From Candidatus Moraniibacteriota bacterium (lineage in GTDB: Bacteria; Patescibacteriota; Minisyncoccia; Moranbacterales; UBA9337): 64,000 nucleotides of DNA. The notes beneath the pieces are model-generated. The model had not been told where the DNA came from. It saw only the letters and a list, made by a program, of their open reading frames with translations, and ran no database searches. Below, piece after piece: positions 45,074 to 54,797 of the stretch (positions are counted from its first letter, which is position 1; every line of letters starts with the position of its first letter). Where the stretch lies: contig JAQVJM010000002.1 of assembly GCA_028695135.1 (NCBI GenBank), positions 14,249-78,248 of the forward strand, in the 5' to 3' direction. The translations under genes and the position numbers were made by a program.

Positions 45074-45376
45074 ATGGGCGAAAGCAACGTCAGGAATTTG
45101 CTGGGAGGCCTGTTTACTATTTTAGTAGGAGGCTTTGTCCTTTATCTTTCGTTAACTGTTTTTGCGCTTGTTTTTTGTGAAAGGGCGCAGGATAACTTTT
45201 GCGGCTTGATCTTGCCGAATATTATTATTGGGCTAGCTATTTTGGCCGTTTATTCATTCTGGAGGAAAGTAAGGGAGTATGAAAATTATCCAGAGTTTCT
45301 CAAAGATGAATTGTCAAAGACAAGCCCGATATTCGTATGGATTTATAAAGCGATAAGGAGGATCGCCCATGAATAG
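45074..45376 (+). CDS. Two-TM membrane protein (hypothetical)
   Basis: Hydrophobicity; overlaps the next ORF by 8 nt. Confidence 0.35.
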   Translation: MGESNVRNLLGGLFTILVGGFVLYLSLTVFALVFCERAQDNFCGLILPNIIIGLAILAVYSFWRKVREYENYPEFLKDELSKTSPIFVWIYKAIRRIAHE

Positions 45377-45749
45377 CGGTAAGATAGACAGAGGGATGGA
45401 ACTCATCCTTGTGCCTTTGTGCATATTGATTGTAGCGGCCACGGTTTTTCACAATTTTCCGGCAAGAAATTTTTTTCTCGTACTGTCCATCGTGATAGCA
45501 TCCGGATGCGCCATGGTGCTGATCTTCATCTCTCCGATCGTTTCCCGATACGAGGAATTGCAGAGGAATATCCGAAGCGCCAGTTTCTCTTCCAGGGATT
45601 CTCCATATTGCAATGAAATGAGGCAGAGGATAATGGAAGAGATAGAGGAGTTCAAGAAAAAGCATCCGCTGATAATAAGGTTAGCGGAAGAAAATGAATC
45701 CGAGGAGAAGAGCGATGAAAAATTTGATAGGAAAAAAAGTTATTATTGA
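45369..45749 (+). CDS. Two-TM membrane protein (hypothetical)
   Basis: Hydrophobic N-terminal half, charged C-terminal tail. Confidence 0.35.
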   Translation: MNSGKIDRGMELILVPLCILIVAATVFHNFPARNFFLVLSIVIASGCAMVLIFISPIVSRYEELQRNIRSASFSSRDSPYCNEMRQRIMEEIEEFKKKHPLIIRLAEENESEEKSDEKFDRKKSYY

Positions 45750-45912
45750 TTATTATGACAGCGTCGGCGAGGGTTCGATCGTTCAAGGAAGTTTGCCGGG
45801 GTTTCCCCTGGATGTTGCTGACAGCCAGGGAAGGACGGTGACTTTTCTTAGTTTGTCCGAAATCGAAATCCTCAATAGCAAAGGAGCGCTGCGGGATATT
45901 CGGCTGGCGTAA
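45715..45912 (+). CDS. Small hypothetical protein
   Basis: ORF 45694-45912, start chosen at MKNLIGKK; no family. Confidence 0.25.
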   Translation: MKNLIGKKVIIDYYDSVGEGSIVQGSLPGFPLDVADSQGRTVTFLSLSEIEILNSKGALRDIRLA

Positions 45913-46097
45913 AAAATATTTTGCTCTTCAAAAAATGGGAGTCTTCGAATCATCGACAGACTCCTTTTTAAATTTATTGAAAAATGCTAGAATGACATAG
46001 AGTATGGAGCACATAGCACATAGCATGGAGTATAAAGCGTTGCGAGTTACACGCCATAGATTATATATTGCACGCTACGCGTTATGTGATACTAGAT

Positions 46098-46931
46098 ATG
46101 CGATTTGATATAATCACAATTTTTCCAAATATTTTTGATTCATATTTCAGCGAGTCGATTTTAGCGCGGGCGCAGAAAGAAAAGTTGGTCGTAATCAACG
46201 TGCATAATTTGAGAGATTACGCCCGGGATAAGCATAAGACTGTCGATGATACTCCGTATGGCGGAGGAGCGGGGATGGTGATGAAAGTGGAACCGATTTT
46301 TAATTGCGTGGAAACAATTAAAAATGTTCTAGATGTTGAAAATGTTGCAAGTGTTGAAGATGAAACAATACAACGAGCAAAGCGATTTAACAAGCAAGGC
46401 GATGGAACATTTAGAACAATATTGTTTTCTGCTAAGGGAAAAAAATATACGCAGGAAGATGCCAAGCGTTTTTTGAATTATGATAATATAATTATGATAT
46501 GCGGGCGGTATGAAGGGGTGGACGAACGGGTGGCCGAGCATATAGCGGACGAAGAAATTTCGATAGGAGATTATGTCCTGACCGGAGGAGAAATTCCGGC
46601 GATGGCAGTTGTCGATTCGGTCACAAGGCTTCTTCCGGGAGTATTAGGAAATCCGGAGTCCCTTGATCAAGAGAGCTTTAATGATGTTCAAGTTGTTATA
46701 GATGTTCAAGGTGTTGAAAATGTTCAAGATGTTAAAAATGAATCAATTCAACAAGCGAAGCAATATGACAAGCGAAGCAATATGACAAGCGAAGCGATGA
46801 AGAATTTGGAATATCCCCAGTATACCAAACCGGAAGAATTCAATGGTTGGAAGGTGCCGGAAGTCCTCCTTAGCGGGAACCATGCGGAGATTGAGAAATG
46901 GAGGGAAAAAACAATGACAAGGCATAAGTGA
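46098..46931 (+). CDS. trmD: tRNA (guanine37-N1)-methyltransferase TrmD carrying two repetitive in-frame insertions
   Basis: [67 protein letters not shown]; insertions at ~46325-46370 and ~46684-46800 built from GATGTT/GTTGAAAATGTT and 17-nt tandem repeats. Confidence 0.85.
   Translation: MRFDIITIFPNIFDSYFSESILARAQKEKLVVINVHNLRDYARDKHKTVDDTPYGGGAGMVMKVEPIFNCVETIKNVLDVENVASVEDETIQRAKRFNKQGDGTFRTILFSAKGKKYTQEDAKRFLNYDNIIMICGRYEGVDERVAEHIADEEISIGDYVLTGGEIPAMAVVDSVTRLLPGVLGNPESLDQESFNDVQVVIDVQGVENVQDVKNESIQQAKQYDKRSNMTSEAMKNLEYPQYTKPEEFNGWKVPEVLLSGNHAEIEKWREKTMTRHK
46751..46799 (+). repeat. 17-nt tandem repeat (ACAAGCGAAGCAATATG x2.9) inside trmD
   Basis: Direct reading of 46751-46799. Confidence 0.7.
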
Positions 46932-47074
46932 TATGCAACAAGGCATGATGGGACAGGAGAGAAGAAGGTAATTTAGCGATGTAGCAAAGCGGTAAGGTTA
47001 TTATATCGTTAGTTTAGTCTTAAAAACTATTTATAAAACGATTCGTAGTTTCATAAAATTCGTAATTTGTAGAG

Positions 47075-48181
47075 ATGTCAAACACAAAAAAACAATTCGA
47101 TAAAACCTTGCTTACCCTGGCTTTAACCCTGGCTGTTTTTGGTTTGATCATGATTGCTAGCGCCGGAGTGCTTTATTCCCAAACCCGCTTTGAGGATCCC
47201 AACTATTTTATCAAGCATCAATTTTTATTTGGCTTCATCCCGGGACTTTTTTTCCTTTATTTGTTCAGCAAAATCGATTATCATTTTTGGAAAAAGTTTT
47301 CCATTCCGTTTTTTTTCGCTTCTCTTTTTGCTTTGGTTTTGGTTTTTATACCCGGGATAGGAAGCGACATCTATGGAGCCAGCCGTTGGATAAATCTGGG
47401 GTCGATATCCTTCCAGCCTTCCGAAATGGCAAAAATCTCAATCATATTATACTTGGCGGCCTGGCTGGAAAATAAAGGGACGGAAAAGATAAAAGATATA
47501 TATGAGGGCACGATTCCCTTTTTGACCATATTGGCGATAGCCGGTTTTTTGATCATCCGCCAGCCGGACACGGGAACTCTAGGAGTGATCATCATGATTG
47601 CGGTTTCAATGTATTTCGTTTCAGGAGCCAGTGTGGGACATATTTTTGGAATATTTCTGGCCGGCTTGGCCGGACTGGCAGCGCTTATCATGATAGCGCC
47701 TTATCGCATGAATCGTTTTTTGGTTTTTCTCAATCCTGAGCACGATCCGCAAGGAGTGGGATACCAGATAAATCAAGCGCTTTTGGCAATCGGATCGGGA
47801 GGGATATTCGGACTCGGCTTGGGGCACAGCCGTCAGAAATTCAATTATCTTCCCGAACCGGTGGGGGACTCTATTTTTGCGATAATCGGGGAAGAGCTGG
47901 GGCTTCTGGGCGCCGGAATAGTTGTCATAATTTTCGTCCTTCTTACCCTTAGGATATTAAAGATCGCCAAAGCCGCGCCGGATAACTTCGGAAGAATTGT
48001 CGCCATCGGAGTAGCTTCATGGATATTCTTCCAAGCTTTCGTAAATATTGCGGCGGTCACGGCCATTATGCCCTTGACCGGAATCTCTCTTCCTTTTATA
48101 AGTTACGGGGGAACCTCTCTAATATTTTTGATGGCGGCGATAGGATTATTGCTCAATATCTCGAAGCAGAGTAAAATATAG
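47075..48181 (+). CDS. ftsW: SEDS-family peptidoglycan glycosyltransferase FtsW/RodA
   Basis: 10-TM pattern, GSDIYGASRWINLG, QPSEMAKI, C-terminal LPFISYGGTSL. Confidence 0.8.
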   Translation: MSNTKKQFDKTLLTLALTLAVFGLIMIASAGVLYSQTRFEDPNYFIKHQFLFGFIPGLFFLYLFSKIDYHFWKKFSIPFFFASLFALVLVFIPGIGSDIYGASRWINLGSISFQPSEMAKISIILYLAAWLENKGTEKIKDIYEGTIPFLTILAIAGFLIIRQPDTGTLGVIIMIAVSMYFVSGASVGHIFGIFLAGLAGLAALIMIAPYRMNRFLVFLNPEHDPQGVGYQINQALLAIGSGGIFGLGLGHSRQKFNYLPEPVGDSIFAIIGEELGLLGAGIVVIIFVLLTLRILKIAKAAPDNFGRIVAIGVASWIFFQAFVNIAAVTAIMPLTGISLPFISYGGTSLIFLMAAIGLLLNISKQSKI

Positions 48182-48278
48182 TTAGCTTCATTGGCTTATA
48201 GCTTCTAGCTGATAGGTTTTCGGGTTTAATTTTATAAATAATACATAAGCTGATAGCCAAAAGCTAAAAGCTAATAAA

Positions 48279-49373
48279 ATGATTTCACAAGTACAAAACA
48301 TCCCTGAAGTTATCGATATTTTGAAAGTTCTTTCAACCGGAATGATAGTTTTTGCGTTTGCTTTTATGATTACGCCTATTTGGACCAATATTCTCTACAG
48401 ATATAAAATAGGCATAAAGATAAAGAAGAATTCGGTTGACGGAGAAAAATTAAGTATAGTAAATAAATTTCACGCGAAAAAAGCGGGAACTCCTACTATG
48501 GGCGGAGTGATAATCTGGTTCAGCGTTTTTGCGGTCATATTTATTTCAGAATACGTCTTTCCTTGGTTCGCCACTTTGACTGATACGAATTTTATCGCTC
48601 GGCTTGATTTTTTGGACAGATCCCAAACGTGGCTTCCCCTTTTCGCCTTGATCTCTGCGGGAGTTTTGGGATTTTTTGACGATATTATGAGCGTTCGAGG
48701 CTGGGGGTCGAACAAAGGAGGAGGGATGAGGTTTGCAATGAGGTTTTGGTGGCTTTTTGCGATTGCTTTTGGCGGCGCTTGGTGGTTCTATTCAAAATTA
48801 GGATGGGATCAGCTCCATGTTCCCGCTGTGGGTGATTTTGCCATAGGATGGCTCTATATCCCTCTTTTTATTTTTGTCATTCTTTTTACCGCCATTTCTT
48901 CAAACGAAACGGACGGCCTTGACGGCTTGAACGGCGGGGTGCTTTTTATCGCTTTTTCATCTTTTGCGATAATTTCCTTCGCTCAGAATCACGTCAATCT
49001 GGCTTCTTTTTGCGCCGCAGTGGCAGGAGCTCTCTTGGCTTTCCTGTGGTTCAATATTCCTCCGGCCAGGTTTTTTATGGGAGATACTGGGGCGGTTTCC
49101 CTGGGGACGACTTTGGGCGTGGTGGCTATGCTCAATAATTCCATCATCCCGCTTTTTTTCATAGTTTTCATATATATTCTTGAATCAGGGAGCGCGGCCG
49201 CTCAGTTGTTGAGCAAGAAATTCCTTGGAAGAAAAATTTTTTTGGCAGCGCCTATCCATCATCATTTCGAGGCCAAGGGATGGCCGGAGTCGAAAATAGT
49301 TATGCGGGCTTGGATATTTTCTATCGTTATGGCCGCATTCGGGGTGATTATCGGAATTTTGGGGATGGGTTAA
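48279..49373 (+). CDS. mraY: Phospho-N-acetylmuramoyl-pentapeptide transferase MraY
   Basis: KKAGTPTMGG, DDIMSVRG, NETDGLDGL, FMGDTGAVSLG motifs. Confidence 0.9.
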   Translation: MISQVQNIPEVIDILKVLSTGMIVFAFAFMITPIWTNILYRYKIGIKIKKNSVDGEKLSIVNKFHAKKAGTPTMGGVIIWFSVFAVIFISEYVFPWFATLTDTNFIARLDFLDRSQTWLPLFALISAGVLGFFDDIMSVRGWGSNKGGGMRFAMRFWWLFAIAFGGAWWFYSKLGWDQLHVPAVGDFAIGWLYIPLFIFVILFTAISSNETDGLDGLNGGVLFIAFSSFAIISFAQNHVNLASFCAAVAGALLAFLWFNIPPARFFMGDTGAVSLGTTLGVVAMLNNSIIPLFFIVFIYILESGSAAAQLLSKKFLGRKIFLAAPIHHHFEAKGWPESKIVMRAWIFSIVMAAFGVIIGILGMG

Positions 49374-49433
49374 CCCAGCTTTTATTAACGTAGCTTATAG
49401 CTTTTAGGTTTAAAATAAGATAAAAATAAAAAC

Positions 49434-50510
49434 ATGGAGCTGAAAAAAATACAAGACGCAAATTTAAAAGGAAAAAATGTTTTGGTACGGGTCGATTTTA
49501 ACGTGCCTCTGAAGAAGGGAGGAGGAATCGAGGAGACTTATAAGATAAGATCGGCCAAGGCGACTGTGGATCACATATTGTCGAAAGAGGGAGCGGTGAC
49601 TCTGATTTCCCATCTGGGAAGACCTTTGGAGCAGCATAAAGATAATCTCGGATCGGGCATAGAAAGCATGGGTGAATTTTCCCTGAAAAAAATCATTCCT
49701 GACGCAAGAGATATTTTGGGTGTGGATATCAAGCTTATTTCCAGTTGTGATTCCAATGTGATTAAAAAGAGCAGGAAAGAGTCAGGCGATGAAAATCGGG
49801 TCTTTCTTCTGGAAAATATAAGATTCTATAAGGAGGAAGAAGAAAATGATGAAAATTTTTCTGCCGATCTGGCGGAGAATTTCGATATTTTTATCAATGA
49901 AGCTTTCAGCGTCTGTCATAGGGCGCATGCCTCCGTCGTGGGAGTGGCCAAAAATCTGCCGAGCTATGCCGGTTTTCATCTGCAAAGAGAAGTGGAAAAT
50001 TTGGAAAGAGTTAAAAATTATCCGGAGCATCCGGCCGTGGCTATTATCGGAGGGGCAAAGATTGAAACAAAGCTGCCCTTAATAAAATCTTTGAGCGACA
50101 ATTACGATTTCATATTGGTAGGAGGAAAGATCGCCAATGAAGCCATCGATCAGGGGATAAAATTTGATGAAAAAGTTATCTTGCCGTTTGATTTTGCGGA
50201 TGCCGATAGGTTTGATATCGGTCCGAAAACGATCGATAAGTTTATAGAGGTCATCGATCAGGCGGAAACCATCGTCTGGAACGGTCCGATGGGAATGTTT
50301 GAAAAAGAGCCTTTTGACAGGGGGACGAGAAAAATCTTGGAAGCGGTTATCGGAAGCGGAGCCTTTGCGGTTGTTGGCGGAGGCGAATCGATCCAGGCCA
50401 TCGAGCAGGGAGGATTTATGGATAAATTATCTTTCGTTTCCACCGGAGGCGGTGCGATGCTTGAATTTCTAAGCGGGGAAAAAATGCCGGGGCTGGAGGT
50501 TTTGGAATAA
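49434..50510 (+). CDS. pgk: Phosphoglycerate kinase
   Basis: GKNVLVRVDFNVP, ISHLGRP, FVSTGGGAMLEFL. Confidence 0.85.
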   Translation: MELKKIQDANLKGKNVLVRVDFNVPLKKGGGIEETYKIRSAKATVDHILSKEGAVTLISHLGRPLEQHKDNLGSGIESMGEFSLKKIIPDARDILGVDIKLISSCDSNVIKKSRKESGDENRVFLLENIRFYKEEEENDENFSADLAENFDIFINEAFSVCHRAHASVVGVAKNLPSYAGFHLQREVENLERVKNYPEHPAVAIIGGAKIETKLPLIKSLSDNYDFILVGGKIANEAIDQGIKFDEKVILPFDFADADRFDIGPKTIDKFIEVIDQAETIVWNGPMGMFEKEPFDRGTRKILEAVIGSGAFAVVGGGESIQAIEQGGFMDKLSFVSTGGGAMLEFLSGEKMPGLEVLE

Positions 50511-50622
50511 TATTGATTCAGCGACGAGGGATAATGAATGCAGATGGTTATTTTCTTGATTCTATTTTCGATTTTAGACTTTCATGTTATATTTAAGGTG
50601 TAAATATTAATATTTAATTTTT

Positions 50623-51180
50623 ATGGAAAGCCTGAAATTTGAAACTGCTTTTAAATACCCTTTCAACAGGGCAAAGGGAATGTGGAATATTTTGTGGATT
50701 TTTGTGCCGATTGTAGGTTGGTTTGCATTAGGAGGTTATAGTGTCAGGATTGTAAAAGAATTTGTGGGTGGAAAATTTGACAAACTTCCGAGCTTTAGTT
50801 TCAGCAACGATCTGAGCTTGGGATTTATGATGCTTATTAAGGCTGTCCCGTTCATGGTAGTCTATGGGGTGTTTGATGCAGTCGTGGGCAAAGCAGGGGA
50901 TATTACAATGACACTGGCCAATATACTCGTCGGGGTGTTCGTAATACCCATACTTAGCATAAACTTCTTCAATAAGGAGACCGTAGCCTCTTTCTTTGAA
51001 TTCAAGATAGTGGGGGATGTTTTTAACAATATCGGGGATTATTTGATGGCAGTCCTCAAAAGCATCCTGCTTAGCCTCGTGTTTTTGGTCCTAAGTTTGG
51101 TATTGGTGGGTATTCCTGCGGGGGCTTTTACAAAAAATATTTTCTTGGCGGATTTTTACAGAAGAAGGGTAGGAAAATAA
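50623..51180 (+). CDS. Four-TM membrane protein (hypothetical)
   Basis: Hydrophobicity pattern. Confidence 0.4.
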   Translation: MESLKFETAFKYPFNRAKGMWNILWIFVPIVGWFALGGYSVRIVKEFVGGKFDKLPSFSFSNDLSLGFMMLIKAVPFMVVYGVFDAVVGKAGDITMTLANILVGVFVIPILSINFFNKETVASFFEFKIVGDVFNNIGDYLMAVLKSILLSLVFLVLSLVLVGIPAGAFTKNIFLADFYRRRVGK

Positions 51181-51228
51181 TTTAAACATACCATTGAACA
51201 TACTATTGAACATACCTTTGAACATACC

Positions 51229-51259
51229 AAGATACGTGTCTCAGCACGTATCTTTTTTG
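51229..51259 (+). terminator. Rho-independent terminator preceded by CATTGAACATAC x3 repeats
   Basis: AAGATACGTG-tctcagc-CACGTATCTTTTTTG. Confidence 0.6.
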
Positions 51260-51274
51260 TCTCAAATTCTTGCG

Positions 51275-51326
51275 GTACATAATTACACGACCGCGGAATT
51301 GTGCACCACCCGACTTGCCGGGTCGG
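51275..51326 (+). ncRNA. Conserved two-hairpin element (copy 1) upstream of eno
   Basis: GGTACATAATTACACGACCGCGGAATTGTGCACC + CCGACTTGCCGGGTCGG; a second copy is at 62676-62715. Confidence 0.4.
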
Positions 51327-51508
51327 AGTACGAAAAAAGCACCCCCATATTTTAATATATAGGAGTATCTTATTCTTCTAGATTTATGCCTCGCCCCCGC
51401 GCATTTTGTCTGAAATTTTTAGGATCAGGCGGAAATAGCGCCCCGGCTTGTTTAAAGCATAAAAAAACGTTAAAATGAAAGAGTGGTAAATCTTAATACA
51501 AAAAATCA

Positions 51509-52771
51509 ATGAGTAATATAAAAGAAATTAAGGCTAGGGAGATTTTGGATTCCCGGGGTAATCCGACCGTGGAAGTCGAAGTAATTTTGGAAGACGGCAG
51601 TGCAGGCGTGGCGGCGATCCCGTCCGGGGCATCGACCGGATCGCATGAGGCGCTGGAGCTTCGAGACGGGGACGGCGGACGTTATGGAGGAAAAGGAGTG
51701 CTTAAAGCCGTGGAAAATGTCAAAACTAAGATTTCCGAGGCGGTTATCGGAATGGAAGCTGCCAATCAAGAAGAAATTGATAAGAAAATGATCGGACTTG
51801 ACGGTACGGAAAACAAATCCAATCTGGGAGCCAACGCTATTTTGGGAGTATCTCTGGCGGTTTGCCGGGCGGCAGCCGAAAGCAAAGGCAAAGAGCTTTA
51901 TGAATACATTGGTGAAAAATTCAAAATTCAAAATTCAAAATTCAAAATTCCATATCCGATGTTTAATATTATTAACGGAGGAGAGCATGCCGATAACGGG
52001 CTTTGCATCCAGGAATTTAAGCTGGTTCCGAGGGGGATTGAGGGATATCCCGAGCAATTAAGGGCGGGAAGCGAAATTTTTCACGCTCTTGAAAAAATAC
52101 TTTCATCCAGGGGACTTAGCACGGCGGTCGGCGATGAGGGAGGATTTGCGCCAAAAATGGAAAGCAATTCCCAAACGCTTGAAACCATAAACCAAGCCAT
52201 AGAAGAAGCCGGATATAAGCCGGGAAATGAAGTTTTCGTAGCACTGGACGCGGCGGCCAATTCATTTTATGAAACGGAAAGCGGACAATATATGCTAAAA
52301 CCGGAAAACGAAAAAATAAACAAAGAAAATCTTATAAATCTCTATAAAGAATGGATAGAAAAATACAATGTAATTTCGGTCGAGGACGGACTCCATGAGG
52401 AGGATTGGGAGGGGTGGAGAATGATGAATGAAAAACTCGGGGAGGGAATAATGAATATCGGAGACGACCTCTTGGTTACCAATGTAAAAAGATTGGAAAA
52501 AGCGATCGAAGAGAAAGCTTGTAATAGTGTCCTGATAAAAGTCAATCAGATCGGAACTCTGACTGAAACTATCGAGTGTATAAAGTTGGCCAAAAAAAAT
52601 GATATGAAAACAGTTATTTCTCACAGAAGCGGAGAAACTACTGACGATTTCATTTCCGATCTGGCTGTCGGGATGATGGCCGATTATATGAAAAGCGGAT
52701 CGCTTTCAAGGGGTGAAAGGATTTGCAAATATAATAGATTGCTTAAGATAAACGAAATTTTAGCTTCTTAG
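51509..52771 (+). CDS. eno: Enolase, with a short in-frame insertion encoded by a heptanucleotide tandem repeat
   Basis: IKAREILDSRGNPTVEVEV, SGASTGSHEALELRDGD, NIINGGEHADN, IKVNQIGTLTET; insertion KFKIQNSKFKI. Confidence 0.9.
   Translation: MSNIKEIKAREILDSRGNPTVEVEVILEDGSAGVAAIPSGASTGSHEALELRDGDGGRYGGKGVLKAVENVKTKISEAVIGMEAANQEEIDKKMIGLDGTENKSNLGANAILGVSLAVCRAAAESKGKELYEYIGEKFKIQNSKFKIPYPMFNIINGGEHADNGLCIQEFKLVPRGIEGYPEQLRAGSEIFHALEKILSSRGLSTAVGDEGGFAPKMESNSQTLETINQAIEEAGYKPGNEVFVALDAAANSFYETESGQYMLKPENEKINKENLINLYKEWIEKYNVISVEDGLHEEDWEGWRMMNEKLGEGIMNIGDDLLVTNVKRLEKAIEEKACNSVLIKVNQIGTLTETIECIKLAKKNDMKTVISHRSGETTDDFISDLAVGMMADYMKSGSLSRGERICKYNRLLKINEILAS
51916..51950 (+). repeat. (AAAATTC)x5 heptanucleotide tandem repeat inside eno
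   Basis: Direct reading; related to the CAAAATTCAAAT motifs of the rRNA IVS family. Confidence 0.8.
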
Positions 52772-52869
52772 ATTTTAATAAATTTTTTCACTCGAAATAT
52801 TATTTTTTCTCGCCTTTCGTTTCACCCGACAGTTCGAAAAAATAATATATTCTCGGAAAAAATTAAAAA

Positions 52870-54435
52870 ATGAAAATAAACAAAAAACCACTGGTCCTTA
52901 TGATTTTGGACGGTTGGGGAGAAGCTCCGAAAAGTCGGAGCAATGCGATTTCTCTTTCCAAGACGCCTTTTTTTGAAGAAGCGAAAAGGAAGTATCCCTT
53001 CACTGTTCTCGGCGCTACCGGAAGAGATGTCGGATTGGACATGGATCAGATGAGCGGATCGGAAGCCGGGCACATCAATATCGGCGGAGGAAGGGTGGTG
53101 GAGCAGGAATCCTATATCATCGATAAGGCTGTGGAAAATGGCAGTTTTTTTACCAATCCCGTCATGGCGGACGCGATAAAAAATTGCCATATGAAAAACA
53201 GCAATCTTCATGTCATGGGTCTTATGAGCACTTATGACAGCCAACACATAAATCCGGGACACTTCAGGGCCGTGTTGAAATTAGCCAGAAAAAAAGGCAT
53301 CAAGGAAGTTTATTGCCATTTATTTACCGACGGCAGGGATTCTTATGACAAAACCGCTCTCAATCATCTTAAAGATTACAGAAAAATGATGGAAGAAGAA
53401 AAAATCGGAAAAATCGCCTCCCTCTCCGGAAGATACTGGGCGATGGACAGAGCCAAAAATTGGGATAGGCTGGCCAAGGCTTATGAGGCTATAGTTTTCG
53501 GCAAAGGGGAAGAGGCCGGCACTGCCGAGGAAGCCATCGAAAGAGCTTATAAAAGAGGAGAAGGAGACGAGACATTGCTACCGACGGTCATTGTCGAAAA
53601 CGGAAAGCCGATTATGACTTTGAAAAAAAATGATACGATGATTTTTTACAATTTCCGTTCTGACAGAGCCAGGCAGTTCACCAAATTATTCGTTGAAGTA
53701 AGCGATGAGATAAAAGCCAAAAACCATCTGCCTAAGTTAGAAAAGATGGAAGGCCTGTATTTTGTCGCCATGAGCGATTTTGGACCGGATATGGATGTGC
53801 ATACCGCTTTTTTGGGAGAGACATTGGAGGGCACGCTTCCGATGGTTCTCAAGAATCACAGGCAGCTTTACATAAGCGAAGATGAAAAGTACGCTCACAT
53901 AACTTATTTTTTCAACGGGGGATTCCCCGATCCTGTCGGAGGGGAAGACAGGGTCACTATTCCTTCTCCGATAGTCAAGTCTTATGCGGACGCGCCGGAA
54001 ATGTCTGCTAAAAAATTGACGGACTATGTGGTCGGCAAACTGAAAAAAGACGAATACGATTTTATCGCTCTCAACTTTGCCAATTCGGACATGGTCGGAC
54101 ATACCGGAAACATAAAATCTGCGGTCAAAGCCATAGAATTTGTCGACAAGCAGATGATAAGAATAAACAAAGTCGTTTCAGAAAAAGAAGGCTGCGTGCT
54201 TATAACTTCCGATCATGGAAACGCCGATAATATGATCGATCGCATAGACGGCAAAGATGTCGCAAATACATTCCACACGAAAAACAAAGTGCCTTTCTGC
54301 GTCGTGAGTGAAAAATGCAAAGGAAGAAAACTTTATGACGGAGGAGTGCTGGGAAATATCGCTCCCACCATTCTTGATATTATGAATATTGAAAAACCCG
54401 CTGAAATGGAAAAGAGATCTCTTTTTATAAGCTGA
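52870..54435 (+). CDS. gpmI: 2,3-bisphosphoglycerate-independent phosphoglycerate mutase
   Basis: PLVLMILDGWG, GxxxMSGSEAGHINIGGGR, TSDHGN motifs; 521 aa. Confidence 0.9.
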   Translation: MKINKKPLVLMILDGWGEAPKSRSNAISLSKTPFFEEAKRKYPFTVLGATGRDVGLDMDQMSGSEAGHINIGGGRVVEQESYIIDKAVENGSFFTNPVMADAIKNCHMKNSNLHVMGLMSTYDSQHINPGHFRAVLKLARKKGIKEVYCHLFTDGRDSYDKTALNHLKDYRKMMEEEKIGKIASLSGRYWAMDRAKNWDRLAKAYEAIVFGKGEEAGTAEEAIERAYKRGEGDETLLPTVIVENGKPIMTLKKNDTMIFYNFRSDRARQFTKLFVEVSDEIKAKNHLPKLEKMEGLYFVAMSDFGPDMDVHTAFLGETLEGTLPMVLKNHRQLYISEDEKYAHITYFFNGGFPDPVGGEDRVTIPSPIVKSYADAPEMSAKKLTDYVVGKLKKDEYDFIALNFANSDMVGHTGNIKSAVKAIEFVDKQMIRINKVVSEKEGCVLITSDHGNADNMIDRIDGKDVANTFHTKNKVPFCVVSEKCKGRKLYDGGVLGNIAPTILDIMNIEKPAEMEKRSLFIS

Positions 54436-54797
54436 TATCCATCCATTCGATCGCCACATTCCAATTTTTAAAGGCATGGTTTTTAAAAAATCCATGCCTT
54501 TTCAAGCGTTTCTTGGGATTAAAAGCGCCGAGATTATATTTTCCCTGATATCATCCGGCAATCGCAGATTTCTGTCCTTGCATTTTCCGTCGCACGAGCC
54601 GATTTTTCTTATGTAAGTTATTTCTTTGCGCAGAGATGAATAGCGGGCACAATAATGTTTTCCGTCGATACAGACGAAATAGGTTATTCCCCCTCAGCAG
54701 CATTTCGAACAAAAAAAATTAAATTTGTTTTTAAGTGGCATTTCCATAACTTACTCCTTTTTGACGATGATTTTTTCAAAAAACTGTCGATATTTTT

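Noticed and set aside
49434-50510. pgk being truncated (358 aa vs ~395 typical)
   Set aside because: N- and C-terminal motifs are both present. The shorter length is within the range for reduced genomes. Not flagged as a pseudogene.
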